From assembly GCA_038845975.1 (NCBI GenBank), contig JAWBQF010000007.1, forward strand, positions 1 to 64,000: a DNA stretch of 64,000 nucleotides, given 5' to 3'. The notes under the pieces were generated by a model. The model saw nothing but the letters and a program-made list of their open reading frames with translations, did no database searches and was not told where the DNA came from. Source of the stretch: Candidatus Methanomethylicia archaeon (GTDB lineage: Archaea; Thermoproteota; Methanomethylicia; CALHIW01). Both the position numbers and the translations under genes were made by a program. Shown one piece after another: positions 30,794 to 41,679 of the stretch (positions within the stretch are counted from its first letter, which is position 1; every line of letters starts with the position of its first letter).

Positions 30794-31186
30794 TTAGGTT
30801 TGCTGTTCCGGAGAAGTTGCTTGAGATGGGGGTGGAATATAGGGCTGTGGTGGTGTTGGTAGAGGCTTAACCTCATCTATAATTGTTTCAGTTAAGTATT
30901 TAATAAATGTTGCCGTATAGCCGAGGATAGCTATTAGAAATCCTATAAGCATAACAATTAAGCCAACCATAAATGTTGTTGAGGGAATTATTGAAGATAT
31001 TGTTGTTGGCTCTATTATTGGATATTCCTCAGTCATTATCGATCGAAGAAGTATCCTTGAACTTTCTCCAGTCATGAAGGCCCCTATCAGGACTATTATT
31101 CCTCCTATTATACCCCATATTATTGTAAATACTAGAATTAATACTGCTTGCCTAAATGCTTTACTCCATGAAACCATATTAATCAA
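30794..31186 (-). CDS. 2-TM membrane protein with Pro-rich tail
   Basis: Two TM segments; PLPTPPQPYIPPP tail. Confidence 0.65.
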   Translation of the reverse strand: MINMVSWSKAFRQAVLILVFTIIWGIIGGIIVLIGAFMTGESSRILLRSIMTEEYPIIEPTTISSIIPSTTFMVGLIVMLIGFLIAILGYTATFIKYLTETIIDEVKPLPTPPQPYIPPPSQATSPEQQT

Positions 31187-31268
31187 GTATTAATCTACTA
31201 GACTTATTTAAATCTACCGTATTATGATGCTAATTTAGTGAAAACATTTAAATATTTATAAATGTATT

Positions 31269-31463
31269 TTGATTGGGATTTGCTTGGTTGAAGTTTACAG
31301 ATTTAAGAGGCAGAGTACTCATGAGCCTATGAAGGAGGCTTGGAATCGTCTTGTAGACTTTCTAGTTACAAATAAGCTTCTTAATGAGAAGATAGATATA
31401 TCTTTTGAATACGATATTAACAATGGACTTCACAGCTATGTATTAAGGGTTTGGAGGTCGTAA
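31269..31463 (+). CDS. Small hypothetical protein
   Basis: Codon usage matches the genome; TATA upstream; start may be 31284. Confidence 0.5.
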   Translation: MIGICLVEVYRFKRQSTHEPMKEAWNRLVDFLVTNKLLNEKIDISFEYDINNGLHSYVLRVWRS

Positions 31464-31897
31464 TATCATTTTTCCATTTTCATTGTAAACAAACCAATAT
31501 CAAGCTCTCCATAACTAAACTAGAGATCTGAGTAACTTACACTATGGAGTTCATAGATTTCATCTTTTCTAAGATTCGTGAAGTCTTATTGCTAATATTA
31601 TAAAGCAATGTATTGAAGACCATATTAAGCCCATGTGGCTCAGAACCTCTTTTAGATATGTCCATTTGGCTTACTTAATTCACTATATCGTCTTAAATAT
31701 TTCTCGTAGCATCATATGAATACACCGGAAGCTAATGGTTTACTAATACTCTATGGACTTAAGTATTAGAATATGTAGTTGAAGATTTTAGATCCATAAT
31801 TCTTATTGTTCTGTTAACTTAAGTCATAAACTACAAGTCTGGGATTTAAAAACTTTCCATCATAGTCAGATTTAAATATTTGTATTGTTAACTTCTC

Positions 31898-33193
31898 ATG
31901 GTATTTATGACTGGGCTTATGATAGCTGCTAGAAGTGGTAGTACTCCAGAGGAGGTTGTAGAAGTTGCACGTATTGAGGGATTATCACCAGATGTACTAC
32001 GTCAGAGGCTCTCACGTGGAGTAGTTGTAATTCCTAAGAATAGTCTTGCAAGGAATAGAAGAATAGTTGGTATAGGTGAGGGTTTAAGAACTAAGGTTAA
32101 TGTTAATATTGGAACCTCTACTTTTCATGTAGATCTTGGAATGGAACTGGAAAAGGTTAAGATAGCGCTTAAATATGGTACTGATACGTTAATGGATCTT
32201 AGTGTAGGTGGAGATCTAAAATATATTAGAAGGGAAATTCTTAAAATTTTAGATGTTCCATTTGGAACAGTTCCAATATATCAAGCATACATGGAGTCTG
32301 TAAGAAAACATCATTCAGGCATTGATATGAGCGAGGATGATGTCTTCAGAGTTCTTGAAGAACATTATAGAGATGGAGTTGACTTTGTAACTGTTCATGT
32401 CGGTTTAACACGTGAACTTGCTGAGAAAACTGTTAAGATAGGACGTAGAACAGGAATTGTAAGTAGGGGCGGTGCAATACTTGCGGCATGGATGCTACAT
32501 AATGAACAGGAAAACCCACTATATAAAAACTATGATTATCTTCTTGAACTTTCAGCTCAATACGATGTTGTTTTAAGTTTAGGTGATGCTTTAAGACCCG
32601 GATCAATTATGGATTCTCATGACTACCCTCAAGTTGCAGAAATGATTAATGTTTCACAGCTAGTCAAGAGGGCCTGGGAGAAGGGGGTTCAAGTAATGGT
32701 TGAAGGACCTGGACATTTACCAATAAATCAAATTGCTGCAAATGTAAGGCTTGAAAAGTCTCTATGCCATGGTGCTCCATACTATGTTCTCGGTCCTCTA
32801 GTAACTGATATTGCAGCAGGCTATGATCATATAGCTGCAGCTATAGGTGCTGCCCTAGCTGCAGCTGAAGGAGCTGATCTAATATGTTATCTTACACCTG
32901 CAGAACATCTTTCACTACCTACGCCTGAAGATGTTAAAGATGGACTTATAGCTGCTAAGATAGCAGCACACGCAGGGGATATTGTAAAACTTGGAGAGAA
33001 AGCGTTAAGGATTGATATTGAAATGTCTAGTGCTAGAGCTAAGCTTGATTGGGAAACAATGTATAAATTATCTCCAGATCCCCAGCTTGCAAGAGATAAA
33101 CATAAGAAGTTTAAGGAAGTTGATGTAGGACCATGTACTATGTGTGGTGATATGTGTGTCTATGTAATACTCAATAGGTTTAGAGGTGCTTAA
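31898..33193 (+). CDS. thiC: Phosphomethylpyrimidine synthase ThiC
   Basis: [44 protein letters not shown]. Confidence 0.93.
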   Translation: MVFMTGLMIAARSGSTPEEVVEVARIEGLSPDVLRQRLSRGVVVIPKNSLARNRRIVGIGEGLRTKVNVNIGTSTFHVDLGMELEKVKIALKYGTDTLMDLSVGGDLKYIRREILKILDVPFGTVPIYQAYMESVRKHHSGIDMSEDDVFRVLEEHYRDGVDFVTVHVGLTRELAEKTVKIGRRTGIVSRGGAILAAWMLHNEQENPLYKNYDYLLELSAQYDVVLSLGDALRPGSIMDSHDYPQVAEMINVSQLVKRAWEKGVQVMVEGPGHLPINQIAANVRLEKSLCHGAPYYVLGPLVTDIAAGYDHIAAAIGAALAAAEGADLICYLTPAEHLSLPTPEDVKDGLIAAKIAAHAGDIVKLGEKALRIDIEMSSARAKLDWETMYKLSPDPQLARDKHKKFKEVDVGPCTMCGDMCVYVILNRFRGA

Positions 33194-33682
33194 ATGAACC
33201 TACTTAAGATATGGGTTAAAACATCTCAACTCCATAATGCAGATATAGTAATCTTTGGTGAATGTGTAAGATTTATTAATTCAGAAATATTTGAGAAGCT
33301 TTCTAGAAACCATGTTGTTTTAACCTATTGTCCTGAGGCTGAAGGATCACTATCGTATGGTAAAATAGCATCAATAATTAGATCAAGTAAGCCGAAAAGC
33401 ATACGGATAGTTACCATAGATGGGTCCCCTCACTGCTTCACCTTACATACAGCGCTTAACGAGGCTTTATACATTTTAAATGAGGATATTGATAGGGAAC
33501 ACTACGTACTAGTAGATGGAAAGGATCTTGTTAAAATATCACCGGATACTGTAAGGATTGCTAGGTATCTACATATTGTTGATGATCTTCTAAAGAAGAA
33601 TCCTGAAGCATTATCTGACTTGATTGGTCATAGTTTAGAATATAAATATGCTTATGAAAAACTTAAACCTAAACTATCTTAA
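33194..33682 (+). CDS. Putative Fe-S binding protein, co-transcribed with thiC
   Basis: GEC..CPEAE..IDGSPHC cysteine pattern; abuts thiC. Confidence 0.6.
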   Translation: MNLLKIWVKTSQLHNADIVIFGECVRFINSEIFEKLSRNHVVLTYCPEAEGSLSYGKIASIIRSSKPKSIRIVTIDGSPHCFTLHTALNEALYILNEDIDREHYVLVDGKDLVKISPDTVRIARYLHIVDDLLKKNPEALSDLIGHSLEYKYAYEKLKPKLS

Positions 33683-33751
33683 CCTGATCATTAAGATATG
33701 GTAATTGATAAAATAAATTTATGATTATTCTGAATCATTTAAGTATTGATT

Positions 33752-34279
33752 CTAGGATTCTATTTTAGGTATACTTAATATATGTTTCTCCTCCTTCATT
33801 ACTTCCATTACGGCTTTCCATATTCTGTCATTTATGTGATGTATGTTTCTAGCTATTTTACCTTTCCTCACCTTCAGCATCTCATCCCAATTCTTTAAAA
33901 CCTTAACTATTGCTAACGGTATATTCTTTGATTGTTCAGCTACTACTGCTACTTTCCCTTCAGCTAATTGACCAATTACTTTTACTACTCCTGGAGCCAT
34001 TAAGTCAGCACCGTTAATTATATGGGGAACTGCTCCATGATTAACCCATATAACCGGTAGTTTAAACAAGTTACATGAGAAAAGTGATGGAATATATTCA
34101 TTATCTACCTCAATTATAATGGGTTTGCTGTCCATTAGGTATAGTTTTTCCCCACTTCTTAACTCTAAGTATTCTAGGCTTCCCTCAAGCGTTAATATGA
34201 GGTCAATACTAGCTAGCATTTCAGAAAACTCTCTTACAGCTTTCTTACTTAGTTTAAACCTTTTCCTAATTAGACTCAT
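33752..34279 (-). CDS. PUA-domain RNA-binding protein (DUF1947/MCT-1-like)
   Basis: GAVPHIINGADLMAPGV, NIHHINDRIW. Confidence 0.85.
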   Translation of the reverse strand: MSLIRKRFKLSKKAVREFSEMLASIDLILTLEGSLEYLELRSGEKLYLMDSKPIIIEVDNEYIPSLFSCNLFKLPVIWVNHGAVPHIINGADLMAPGVVKVIGQLAEGKVAVVAEQSKNIPLAIVKVLKNWDEMLKVRKGKIARNIHHINDRIWKAVMEVMKEEKHILSIPKIES

Positions 34280-34329
34280 AACACCATTAATAAGACTACA
34301 ATATTAAATTTACGCTTTTAACCCTTACA

Positions 34330-35130
34330 CTTATAATAAACGTATTAAGTAGACTTTTTGGAAAACCTTGATTACATTATTATTTCTAGATTACCATGAT
34401 TGCTCCTGTATTGTTTCTATGTCTAGTTCTTTTCTCTTTGTATGCTTCCTTTATCATGTTTACTCCTATAACTTTTCTTCCCGCTCTCTACCTATTATTT
34501 TCTCTATACTTTACATTTCCAGTTAGACGTTCAACATCATCTATTTCTATTAGGATTTTAACCTCTATGTTTTCATTATGAACATATAGGTATAAATCTA
34601 TTCTAATCTTTCTTAAAGTATCTACTAAGAACATTAACCATAATCGGCTTAAATACCATAAATCTTCCAATACATACCTATAAACACCTGAAATTATCCT
34701 CTCTGAATCTACTTTAAGTCTCCTAGTAATGCTGCTAACTTAAACCTATTACTATGTTTAAGCAATGTAGTTTCCACAATTCCAAATTTCTTACTAAAAC
34801 TTTCAAATCTTCCTTCATGTATGTTACTAACGATTTCGCTACTTCAGTTATTATACGTGTTTCTCTAGTTTTTAGCTTCCTTTACAGTCTTCTTAATTAT
34901 TTCTCCACACCCTTCCATGCAACCTTGGTTTAATAGACATAATTCTACAACATAGGTCACTTATAAACCTACTAACTAGCATAAATTACAAAACTCAACA
35001 GAGAAAGTAGGCTAACAAGTAGTGGCATATTCTTTGCTTCTAAGATGTAAGCCGTGAAAGATGAAGAAGCCGCTGATGGATTGCTAAGCTATGAACCATT
35101 ATTAAATCTCCAGCTGTGTGGAGAGTAATA
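34330..35130. pseudogene. Degenerate mobile-element remnant, possibly tnpB-like
   Basis: Broken minus-strand fragments (KVIGVN..IKEAYKEKR) in a long gene-free interval; family assignment weak. Confidence 0.25.
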
Positions 35131-35490
35131 AGGAGCCTTATAGTTTTTAGTTTATAGTAGTTTTAAATTCTTAGAGCCCAAATTACTGTGCCTGCGGTTT
35201 CAGATTCGTATTGTTTACTATTAGCTTAATTAAGTTTCATTTAGAGCTATAGTTCTTCTAGGAGGTTCTATGATTAATATTTATCTTCCTCTAAGCTTAT
35301 TATCCTATTAACAGCTGTATTAGAGATCTTATAAACTTCAAATAATACCTTAAACCTTTCTTAAATTAGACATTTAATATAGAAGACTATATCGATATCT
35401 TAACATTCAATGGAATTTTATTCCATTGAATACAATCCTATGAAATCTCTAACATAGAGGGATAAAAATCTATGAGCTGCATAATGGTCA

Positions 35491-36498
35491 CTAGTATTCT
35501 CGGTATAGTATTAAGTCTGCAAGTTTAAGAAGTGTTTGTTTTGCATCTGTATCTGGAAGTATCTTTAAGCTTTCTTTAGCCTTCTTAACATAGGATAGAC
35601 CAAAGCTGTATGCCTCCTCCTTTACTCCTTTAGATTCCAGTATTTCAATTATTTTTACTACATCATTATAATCTACGTAATCCCTTCTAAGAGTATTGAA
35701 GATTATATTAGCTTCATTGGGGAAATTCTTTACATATAGTAGAAGAACTATGTTTCCAAGCTTATGCTCAATAATGTCTTTACCTACCTTCTTCCCTATT
35801 TTTCTCTCTTCACCAAATAGATCAATTATATCATCAGCTACTTGAAAAGCTATACCGATATTAATACCGTAGCTACCTAGAGCATTAATAAAGTCTTCCT
35901 TAGCATCTGCAACTATAGCTCCGGCCATACAGCATGCTTTAAGTAATGCGCCGGTTTTACATTTAACCATCTCAATATATTCATTAATGCTAACATATTG
36001 TCTTCTATGTTTAGCTATGTACTCATCATTTCTTCCAGTCTGTTCAAAAAGTACGTCGAGTCTCTCACCTTCAACAAGAGCTTTTATAGTTTCAGCTACA
36101 AGCTTATGAAGACGGATAGAGTTTTTTGAGTTGTTTAAAGCCTCAGTTATGGCTTCTCTATAGTGTATAGCTGCTAGAATAGCCATGGTATCACCATACC
36201 TTTTCCTTGTGGTTGGTTTACCACGTCTTAGTTCACCACGATCAATTATATCATCGAATATGAGGGAGTAGTTATGTATAAGCTCCATAGCTGCAGCTAC
36301 TGGAAATACGTCTTCAATCCTTCCATTACAGGCCTTACATGACAATATAACTAGAGCAGGTCTAATCCTCTTACCGCCTGCTTTAACTTGATGTAATACA
36401 ACTTCCTTAAACTCCTCGGAGGTATTGCTTACGAGGTATTTCTCAATTAAGAACTCTACTTGAGCTCCTATAGATGAAATTTCATCCAGTAGATCCAT
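35491..36498 (-). CDS. Polyprenyl (geranylgeranyl) diphosphate synthase
   Basis: GGKRIRP, LIFDDIID..RRG, KTG, FQVADDIID, GKD. Confidence 0.9.
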   Translation of the reverse strand: MDLLDEISSIGAQVEFLIEKYLVSNTSEEFKEVVLHQVKAGGKRIRPALVILSCKACNGRIEDVFPVAAAMELIHNYSLIFDDIIDRGELRRGKPTTRKRYGDTMAILAAIHYREAITEALNNSKNSIRLHKLVAETIKALVEGERLDVLFEQTGRNDEYIAKHRRQYVSINEYIEMVKCKTGALLKACCMAGAIVADAKEDFINALGSYGINIGIAFQVADDIIDLFGEERKIGKKVGKDIIEHKLGNIVLLLYVKNFPNEANIIFNTLRRDYVDYNDVVKIIEILESKGVKEEAYSFGLSYVKKAKESLKILPDTDAKQTLLKLADLILYREY

Positions 36499-36543
36499 AA
36501 TGATGGAGAGAAACAAAGTATTTAAAGCTTAACTCAACTATTT

Positions 36544-37416
36544 ATGGATTATATGAAGACACTATACATGAAACACATAATACCTATTTTGGTATCTATA
36601 TTGATGAGTTGGGGGTTTACATTTATAATTCAGCTCTCTAATCTTCCATCGCCAACACCTATTATAACACCATATCCTGAACCTGAACCTACAACACCAC
36701 CAGTTGAAGCACTTACTAGACTAGAACCATACTATAATGCCTTAATCTTTACTGGAGTAATAGCAGTAGGTGGATTGATTGTCTACTTCATCGTTAAGAT
36801 TAGGAGAAAGCTTTTAAGAAGCCTACTTATTATCTCATATATTATAAGTGGTTTTGGAATTTGTTATCTATACAACATAATGATATTTAGCATTATCACA
36901 ATAAATATAGATAGAGGTATTTTAGAAACTTTACTTATTACTATACCGGTAATTGAAACTATTGTGATGGTGTATCTTATATTTCATGTTAAGGGGTTTC
37001 TTCAAGCAGTCAGTATGATAATTTTCGGTACAGCTGCAGGATCATGGATTGGATCTACATTAAACGTATGGTCAACAATACTACTACTCATAATGCTTTC
37101 AATATATGATATTGTAGCGGTATATAGAGGACCTATTAAGGCCATAGTTGAAGATAATCCTAAGGACCTTACGGGACTCGTAGTAATGTTTAAAGAGATA
37201 AACATAGGACTAGGAGATATTGTATTTTACTCTCTGACACAATCCTTCTCAATAATAAACTACGGATACATGCCAGCATTAGGAGTATCTTTTGGATTAA
37301 TTGTAGGATTCTACATAACAGTAATAATAGCAGAGAGAACTAAAAAGCCAGTACCTGCTCTTCCAGCATCACTAATTCTTGCCCTTATAATCATTCAAAC
37401 ACTAAGGTTAATCTAA
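36544..37416 (+). CDS. Presenilin-like (A22) intramembrane aspartyl protease
   Basis: YDIVAV..GP, GLGDIVFYS and PALP motifs; about 9 TM segments. Confidence 0.88.
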   Translation: MDYMKTLYMKHIIPILVSILMSWGFTFIIQLSNLPSPTPIITPYPEPEPTTPPVEALTRLEPYYNALIFTGVIAVGGLIVYFIVKIRRKLLRSLLIISYIISGFGICYLYNIMIFSIITINIDRGILETLLITIPVIETIVMVYLIFHVKGFLQAVSMIIFGTAAGSWIGSTLNVWSTILLLIMLSIYDIVAVYRGPIKAIVEDNPKDLTGLVVMFKEINIGLGDIVFYSLTQSFSIINYGYMPALGVSFGLIVGFYITVIIAERTKKPVPALPASLILALIIIQTLRLI

Positions 37417-37524
37417 TACTAAATCCAGCTATAATCTCTAAACCGTTAGTAGCTTAACATTATAGTATTAAACACACTATCCCTTAACATAATAATTTAT
37501 AAGCATGGTTAACATCTTTAATCA

Positions 37525-38130
37525 ATGAGGATCTATAAGTGTACTTTAGGTAGTAGTAAGGTAGTAAAGCTTATTGTCGGTGGCCTACATGGTAATGAAG
37601 GTAAAATTATAGGCCCAATTCTAGAAAAGCTTAAACACATGAATTTAAAGATTAATGGTAAAGTTATTCTTGTTCCATGTATTTCCCACGGTGAGAAATA
37701 TGTAAGTACTCTAAGTAGAAAGTACTACAAGACAAAAGCTGGAAGAAGACTGCTTAAACTCATAGAAATGTTTAAGCCAAACATATATGTTGAGATTCAC
37801 TGCTATAAAAGATCAGCCTATGAAAAACTTACAGATCCCTTTAGAAGATTCAGTATGGGGATACCTCCATTACTAAGTCTTGATGATGGAGTACTTATAG
37901 GTGCAGCTTTACCTCAACTCTTTAAAGCACATATGTTTGACTTAGGGCTTGTAATTGAGAAGACATGTAAAAAGGGGGGTGAAGAAACAATACTTAACAT
38001 TTTGAAAATTATAGTTGAGATACCTGAATACTTAGAGATAACTTCAAAACTAAGCTTAAAATATCCAAAGCAAATCTCAAAAATAATAGCATATCATAGC
38101 CTAATAAAATCGAAAGTTAGGAATATGTAA
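37525..38130 (+). CDS. DUF2119-family protein (M14 Zn-peptidase-like motifs)
   Basis: VGGLHGNEG, YVSTL, YVEIHCY, GIPP. Confidence 0.7.
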   Translation: MRIYKCTLGSSKVVKLIVGGLHGNEGKIIGPILEKLKHMNLKINGKVILVPCISHGEKYVSTLSRKYYKTKAGRRLLKLIEMFKPNIYVEIHCYKRSAYEKLTDPFRRFSMGIPPLLSLDDGVLIGAALPQLFKAHMFDLGLVIEKTCKKGGEETILNILKIIVEIPEYLEITSKLSLKYPKQISKIIAYHSLIKSKVRNM

Positions 38131-38178
38131 ATACTATATATAGTTAAAAGTTATAAGCTAGCTCTTCACCGTAAACTT

Positions 38179-39021
38179 ATGGAGCTAGCTAGAAATCTAT
38201 GGTATCTATGTAAGCCAAGAGTACTACTAGCTATAGCTTCACTTGCAGTTATAGCATATCTAAAGGCTTCAAGATTTCAAGTACTATTAAACTATGAAGT
38301 ATTGATGTCTACTATAGCTCTTTTCTGCGGTGTTGGTGGTGCTAATGCTCTTAACAACTATATTGATAGGGATATTGATGTATTAATGGCGAGAACTATG
38401 AGAAGACCAATACCATCAGGTAAGATTAAGCCTAAGCTAGCACTATCATTTAGTTTATCTCTAATACTTACATCGCTAATTGCTGCATACTCAGCAGGTA
38501 TTGTTACGTTTTCACTTCTCATATTAGGATTATTAAGCTACATTGTAGCCTACACAATCATAGCTAAGAGGAAAACAACCTTAAACATAGTTACTGTTCT
38601 ACCCTCTATAGCATGCCCTATTTGGGGTGGATGGTGGATAGGTAAGGGAATGCTGAATTTTGAAGGGTTTATGCTTGGATTAGTGATTATGAGTTGGGGA
38701 GTCCTACACCTATGGGCTTTATCCTTTGCCTTTTCAAAAGACTACGTAAGAGTAAATGTTCCAATGCTACCAGCTATAGTAAGTAGAAGTAAGGCTAAAT
38801 GGCATATTACTATTTCATCTACAATACTTATAATATTGGCTTTAACTATGAGTATATATGTAAGCTTAGCATATACATTATCAGTTTCAATATTAAGTAT
38901 GGCAATGCTATATTTAGTAGCTAAATTTATAATAATGCCAACACCTAGAAAAGCATGGCTAATATATAAGTATACTTCTCCATATATTCTATTAGTATTA
39001 CTAGTATATCTTTTCAGTTAA
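38179..39021 (+). CDS. cyoE: Protoheme IX farnesyltransferase (heme O synthase, UbiA family)
   Basis: KPRV, NNYIDRDIDVLMARTMRRPIPSG, HLWAL..DY..VPMLP. Confidence 0.85.
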   Translation: MELARNLWYLCKPRVLLAIASLAVIAYLKASRFQVLLNYEVLMSTIALFCGVGGANALNNYIDRDIDVLMARTMRRPIPSGKIKPKLALSFSLSLILTSLIAAYSAGIVTFSLLILGLLSYIVAYTIIAKRKTTLNIVTVLPSIACPIWGGWWIGKGMLNFEGFMLGLVIMSWGVLHLWALSFAFSKDYVRVNVPMLPAIVSRSKAKWHITISSTILIILALTMSIYVSLAYTLSVSILSMAMLYLVAKFIIMPTPRKAWLIYKYTSPYILLVLLVYLFS

Positions 39022-39111
39022 ATAATACATACTATAATGACTTATACTAACAGTGTAAATAAAAAATATTTAAAAACTTAATAAGTATGAATATTGATAC
39101 TTATAAGTTAT

Positions 39112-39651
39112 ATGTTTGAGCTATCTACACCAGGATTAATAGATATTATTTTAACAATTGTGATAGTTCCATTATCAGTTGCTGTTATAACGCTTGCAGT
39201 ATTGTTTACAAGGTTTTTTAAGAAAACCCCATTTGAAAAACCCTGGAAAATACTGTTTATAATTCCGGTTTTTCTATTTCTTATAACGTTAATGGATCCT
39301 ATTGGTAAAGCCTTAAACATATATGGAGAAATATATTATAATCTAAGACTTTTTATACTCTGCATATCAATGTTTATGTTTCTATATAGTCTCTATAATT
39401 TCTATCAAGTCCTTGCATACGTTCAACCCTATACTGGAGCTGTTGTAATTAAGTATGAGAATCCTAATCGAAGCTATAAATCTAATCCATATCAGGAGAG
39501 GGAGAGAATATCTATAGGTAGAGATATTTATGAAGAACTTAAAAAGCTTGCTGAGGAGAGGGGAATGACTATAAACCAGTTTGTTTATAGTGTAATTGTT
39601 CCTGAATGGCTGAAGCAAAGAGAGTGGAGACAATACACTAGTAAAACTTAA
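39112..39651 (+). CDS. Membrane-anchored ribbon-helix-helix protein; paralog of 2895..3452
   Basis: 3 TM segments plus RERISIGRDIYEELKKLAEERGMTINQFV; shares RFFKxTPFEKxWK and QPYxGAV with its paralog. Confidence 0.72.
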   Translation: MFELSTPGLIDIILTIVIVPLSVAVITLAVLFTRFFKKTPFEKPWKILFIIPVFLFLITLMDPIGKALNIYGEIYYNLRLFILCISMFMFLYSLYNFYQVLAYVQPYTGAVVIKYENPNRSYKSNPYQERERISIGRDIYEELKKLAEERGMTINQFVYSVIVPEWLKQREWRQYTSKT

Positions 39652-39683
39652 ATCCCGGTTTTTATGTCGTAATCTGAAGTAAT

Positions 39684-41048
39684 GTGAATAAATATTTGGG
39701 TCTAACTAGGATAAAAGCTCTTAAAATATCACTTCTAGCTGTTTCCACAATTGTAATTGTTGAGTTTATATCAGGATTTCTGCTGAATAGCTTAGCGTTG
39801 GTTAGTGATGCAATGCATGCATTATTTGATGCATTTACAACCTTTATACTTCTCGTAACGGCAAGAATAAGCTTAAAGCCTGCAGATGAGGATCATTCTT
39901 ACGGTCATGGAAAATATGAAGCTATAGGAGGATTTATTGGAGGAATTATACTTCTAGGAGTTACAGTAACTATAGGTTTCAACGCCTTAGAGAGGATTTT
40001 ATTAGGAATTAAGCCTTTAGAGCCAGGATTTATAGGATTTGGTGCTGTTCTATATGCTTTCTCTATACATTTAATAAGAGTATTTATATTAAATCCAGGA
40101 AGATTCCGTGAAAGCTATATTATTAGAGCAGATTTTATCCATGCATTCTCTGATCTATTTTCAACAGTTATAGCTTTTATAGGCTTAATTCTTGTAAACT
40201 ATAACTTAAAAATTAGTGATGCTATTGCTGGAATGGTTTTATCAGTTCTATTATTGTTTGCTAGCTTAAGACTTATACGGTCTACAATCCTCGACCTAAC
40301 CGATACAGTACCTAAATCAACATATAGAAAGGTGTTATCAACAATACTTAAAGATAATAGCATTACTGAGCTTAAAAGCTTAAAAATGAGGAAAATAGAA
40401 TCTAAATATTTCATTGAGGCGATAGTTACTTTAAGAAATGGATTAACATTTGAGAAGGCACATGAGGTAAGCATGAGAATAGAAGAATCTATTAGAAAAA
40501 TTCTGGGAGAAGCTGAAGTAACAATACATATGGAGCCTAAGAATAGTGAAAACTTAATATCAAAAATTAAAAGCATAGCTTTAGAGCATGATGAAGTTAA
40601 GGGAGTACATAATGTAAAAGCTATATGTACAAGTAGAGGAGTGAATGTAAGCCTTCATGTTGAGTTTGATCCTGAGACATCTCTTGAAAAAGCACATAAA
40701 ACAGCGGAGGCAATAGAGGAAAAAATACATAAATACATAGATAAAGTAGTAACGGTAACAATACATATTGAACCTAGTATTAATAGAGTTTTTGATGAGG
40801 AACATGCAAGGGAAGATTTAGAACTAGTAGAAACTGTTAGAAGAATAATTTTAAAACATCCTGAAGTAAGGGGAATAAATAGAGTAGTAGCATTTACATA
40901 TATGGGAAGAAAATACATCAACATATCATTCTTCCTAAATAGCGATCTTAAGCTTAATGAAGCACACAACATAACTACAAAAATAGAAAGAGATATTAAA
41001 AGAAGGATACGTAGCTCAGAGGTAACAATACATTCAGAACCACTATGA
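39684..41048 (+). CDS. Cation diffusion facilitator with three C-terminal ZT_dimer domains
   Basis: SLALVSDAMH..D, PADEDHSYGHGK, three AH...VTIHxEP repeats. Confidence 0.9.
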   Translation: MNKYLGLTRIKALKISLLAVSTIVIVEFISGFLLNSLALVSDAMHALFDAFTTFILLVTARISLKPADEDHSYGHGKYEAIGGFIGGIILLGVTVTIGFNALERILLGIKPLEPGFIGFGAVLYAFSIHLIRVFILNPGRFRESYIIRADFIHAFSDLFSTVIAFIGLILVNYNLKISDAIAGMVLSVLLLFASLRLIRSTILDLTDTVPKSTYRKVLSTILKDNSITELKSLKMRKIESKYFIEAIVTLRNGLTFEKAHEVSMRIEESIRKILGEAEVTIHMEPKNSENLISKIKSIALEHDEVKGVHNVKAICTSRGVNVSLHVEFDPETSLEKAHKTAEAIEEKIHKYIDKVVTVTIHIEPSINRVFDEEHAREDLELVETVRRIILKHPEVRGINRVVAFTYMGRKYINISFFLNSDLKLNEAHNITTKIERDIKRRIRSSEVTIHSEPL

Positions 41049-41592
41049 GATTCATATATTTGCACTACCTTTACTAAAGCGTGTTAAAGTATTAATTTAG
41101 ATACTTCACAACACCTATAAACTATTCCTAGCTTCCATTTCTTAACTGGGGCTTCGCATTTTCAGTCACATCTACTAGCCTAAGGATAAAAGCTCCTTCA
41201 TTCCATAAATCTCATTAAGATATAAACTATATTTATTTATACATGTGTTCAGATCTTTGCCATCTAACCTATTCTGCAAGAGAACATCCCTAGTAATTAC
41301 TATGCTCTGAAACATTTAAACCTATCAACATCTCAGAGCTAAGCTCTAGATTTTCTTGTCGGTTTTTATAAGAAACATTTACAACTTCTATGCTAAGTTT
41401 AGAAATAGGAATTAGTTTACATTAAATTCACAGTACTATTTTTAATATTTAAACTATGTATTATACATCATGTAAACATTTAAACTGCATAGAGCTTATA
41501 TTACTTTATCAATAGCTGCTTCTCCACTAACAGGGAAAAATTTATAAACCTCCTGAAAAGCTCCTCTTGGATAATTAGTGAGGTGTATAGTA

Positions 41593-41679
41593 TTGTTTGA
41601 GGAAGAATGGGAGGAGGAAGAACCAGAGGAATGGGAAGAAGAGGAATGGGAAGAAGAGGAATGGGAAGAAGAGTGGTAA
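41593..41679 (+). CDS. 28-aa acidic Glu/Trp repeat microprotein (not in ORF track)
   Basis: TTG start, MFEEEWEEEEPEEWEEEEWEEEEWEEEW*; GAGGTG SD at 41580-41585; BRE-TATA GGGAAAAATTTATAAA at 41533-41548. Confidence 0.72.
   Translation: MFEEEWEEEEPEEWEEEEWEEEEWEEEW

Noticed and set aside
31470-31897. TPP riboswitch or ThiR site upstream of thiC
   Set aside because: No riboswitch core motifs; the near-palindrome TTCTGTTAACTTAAGTCA is weak and resembles the IS6 end
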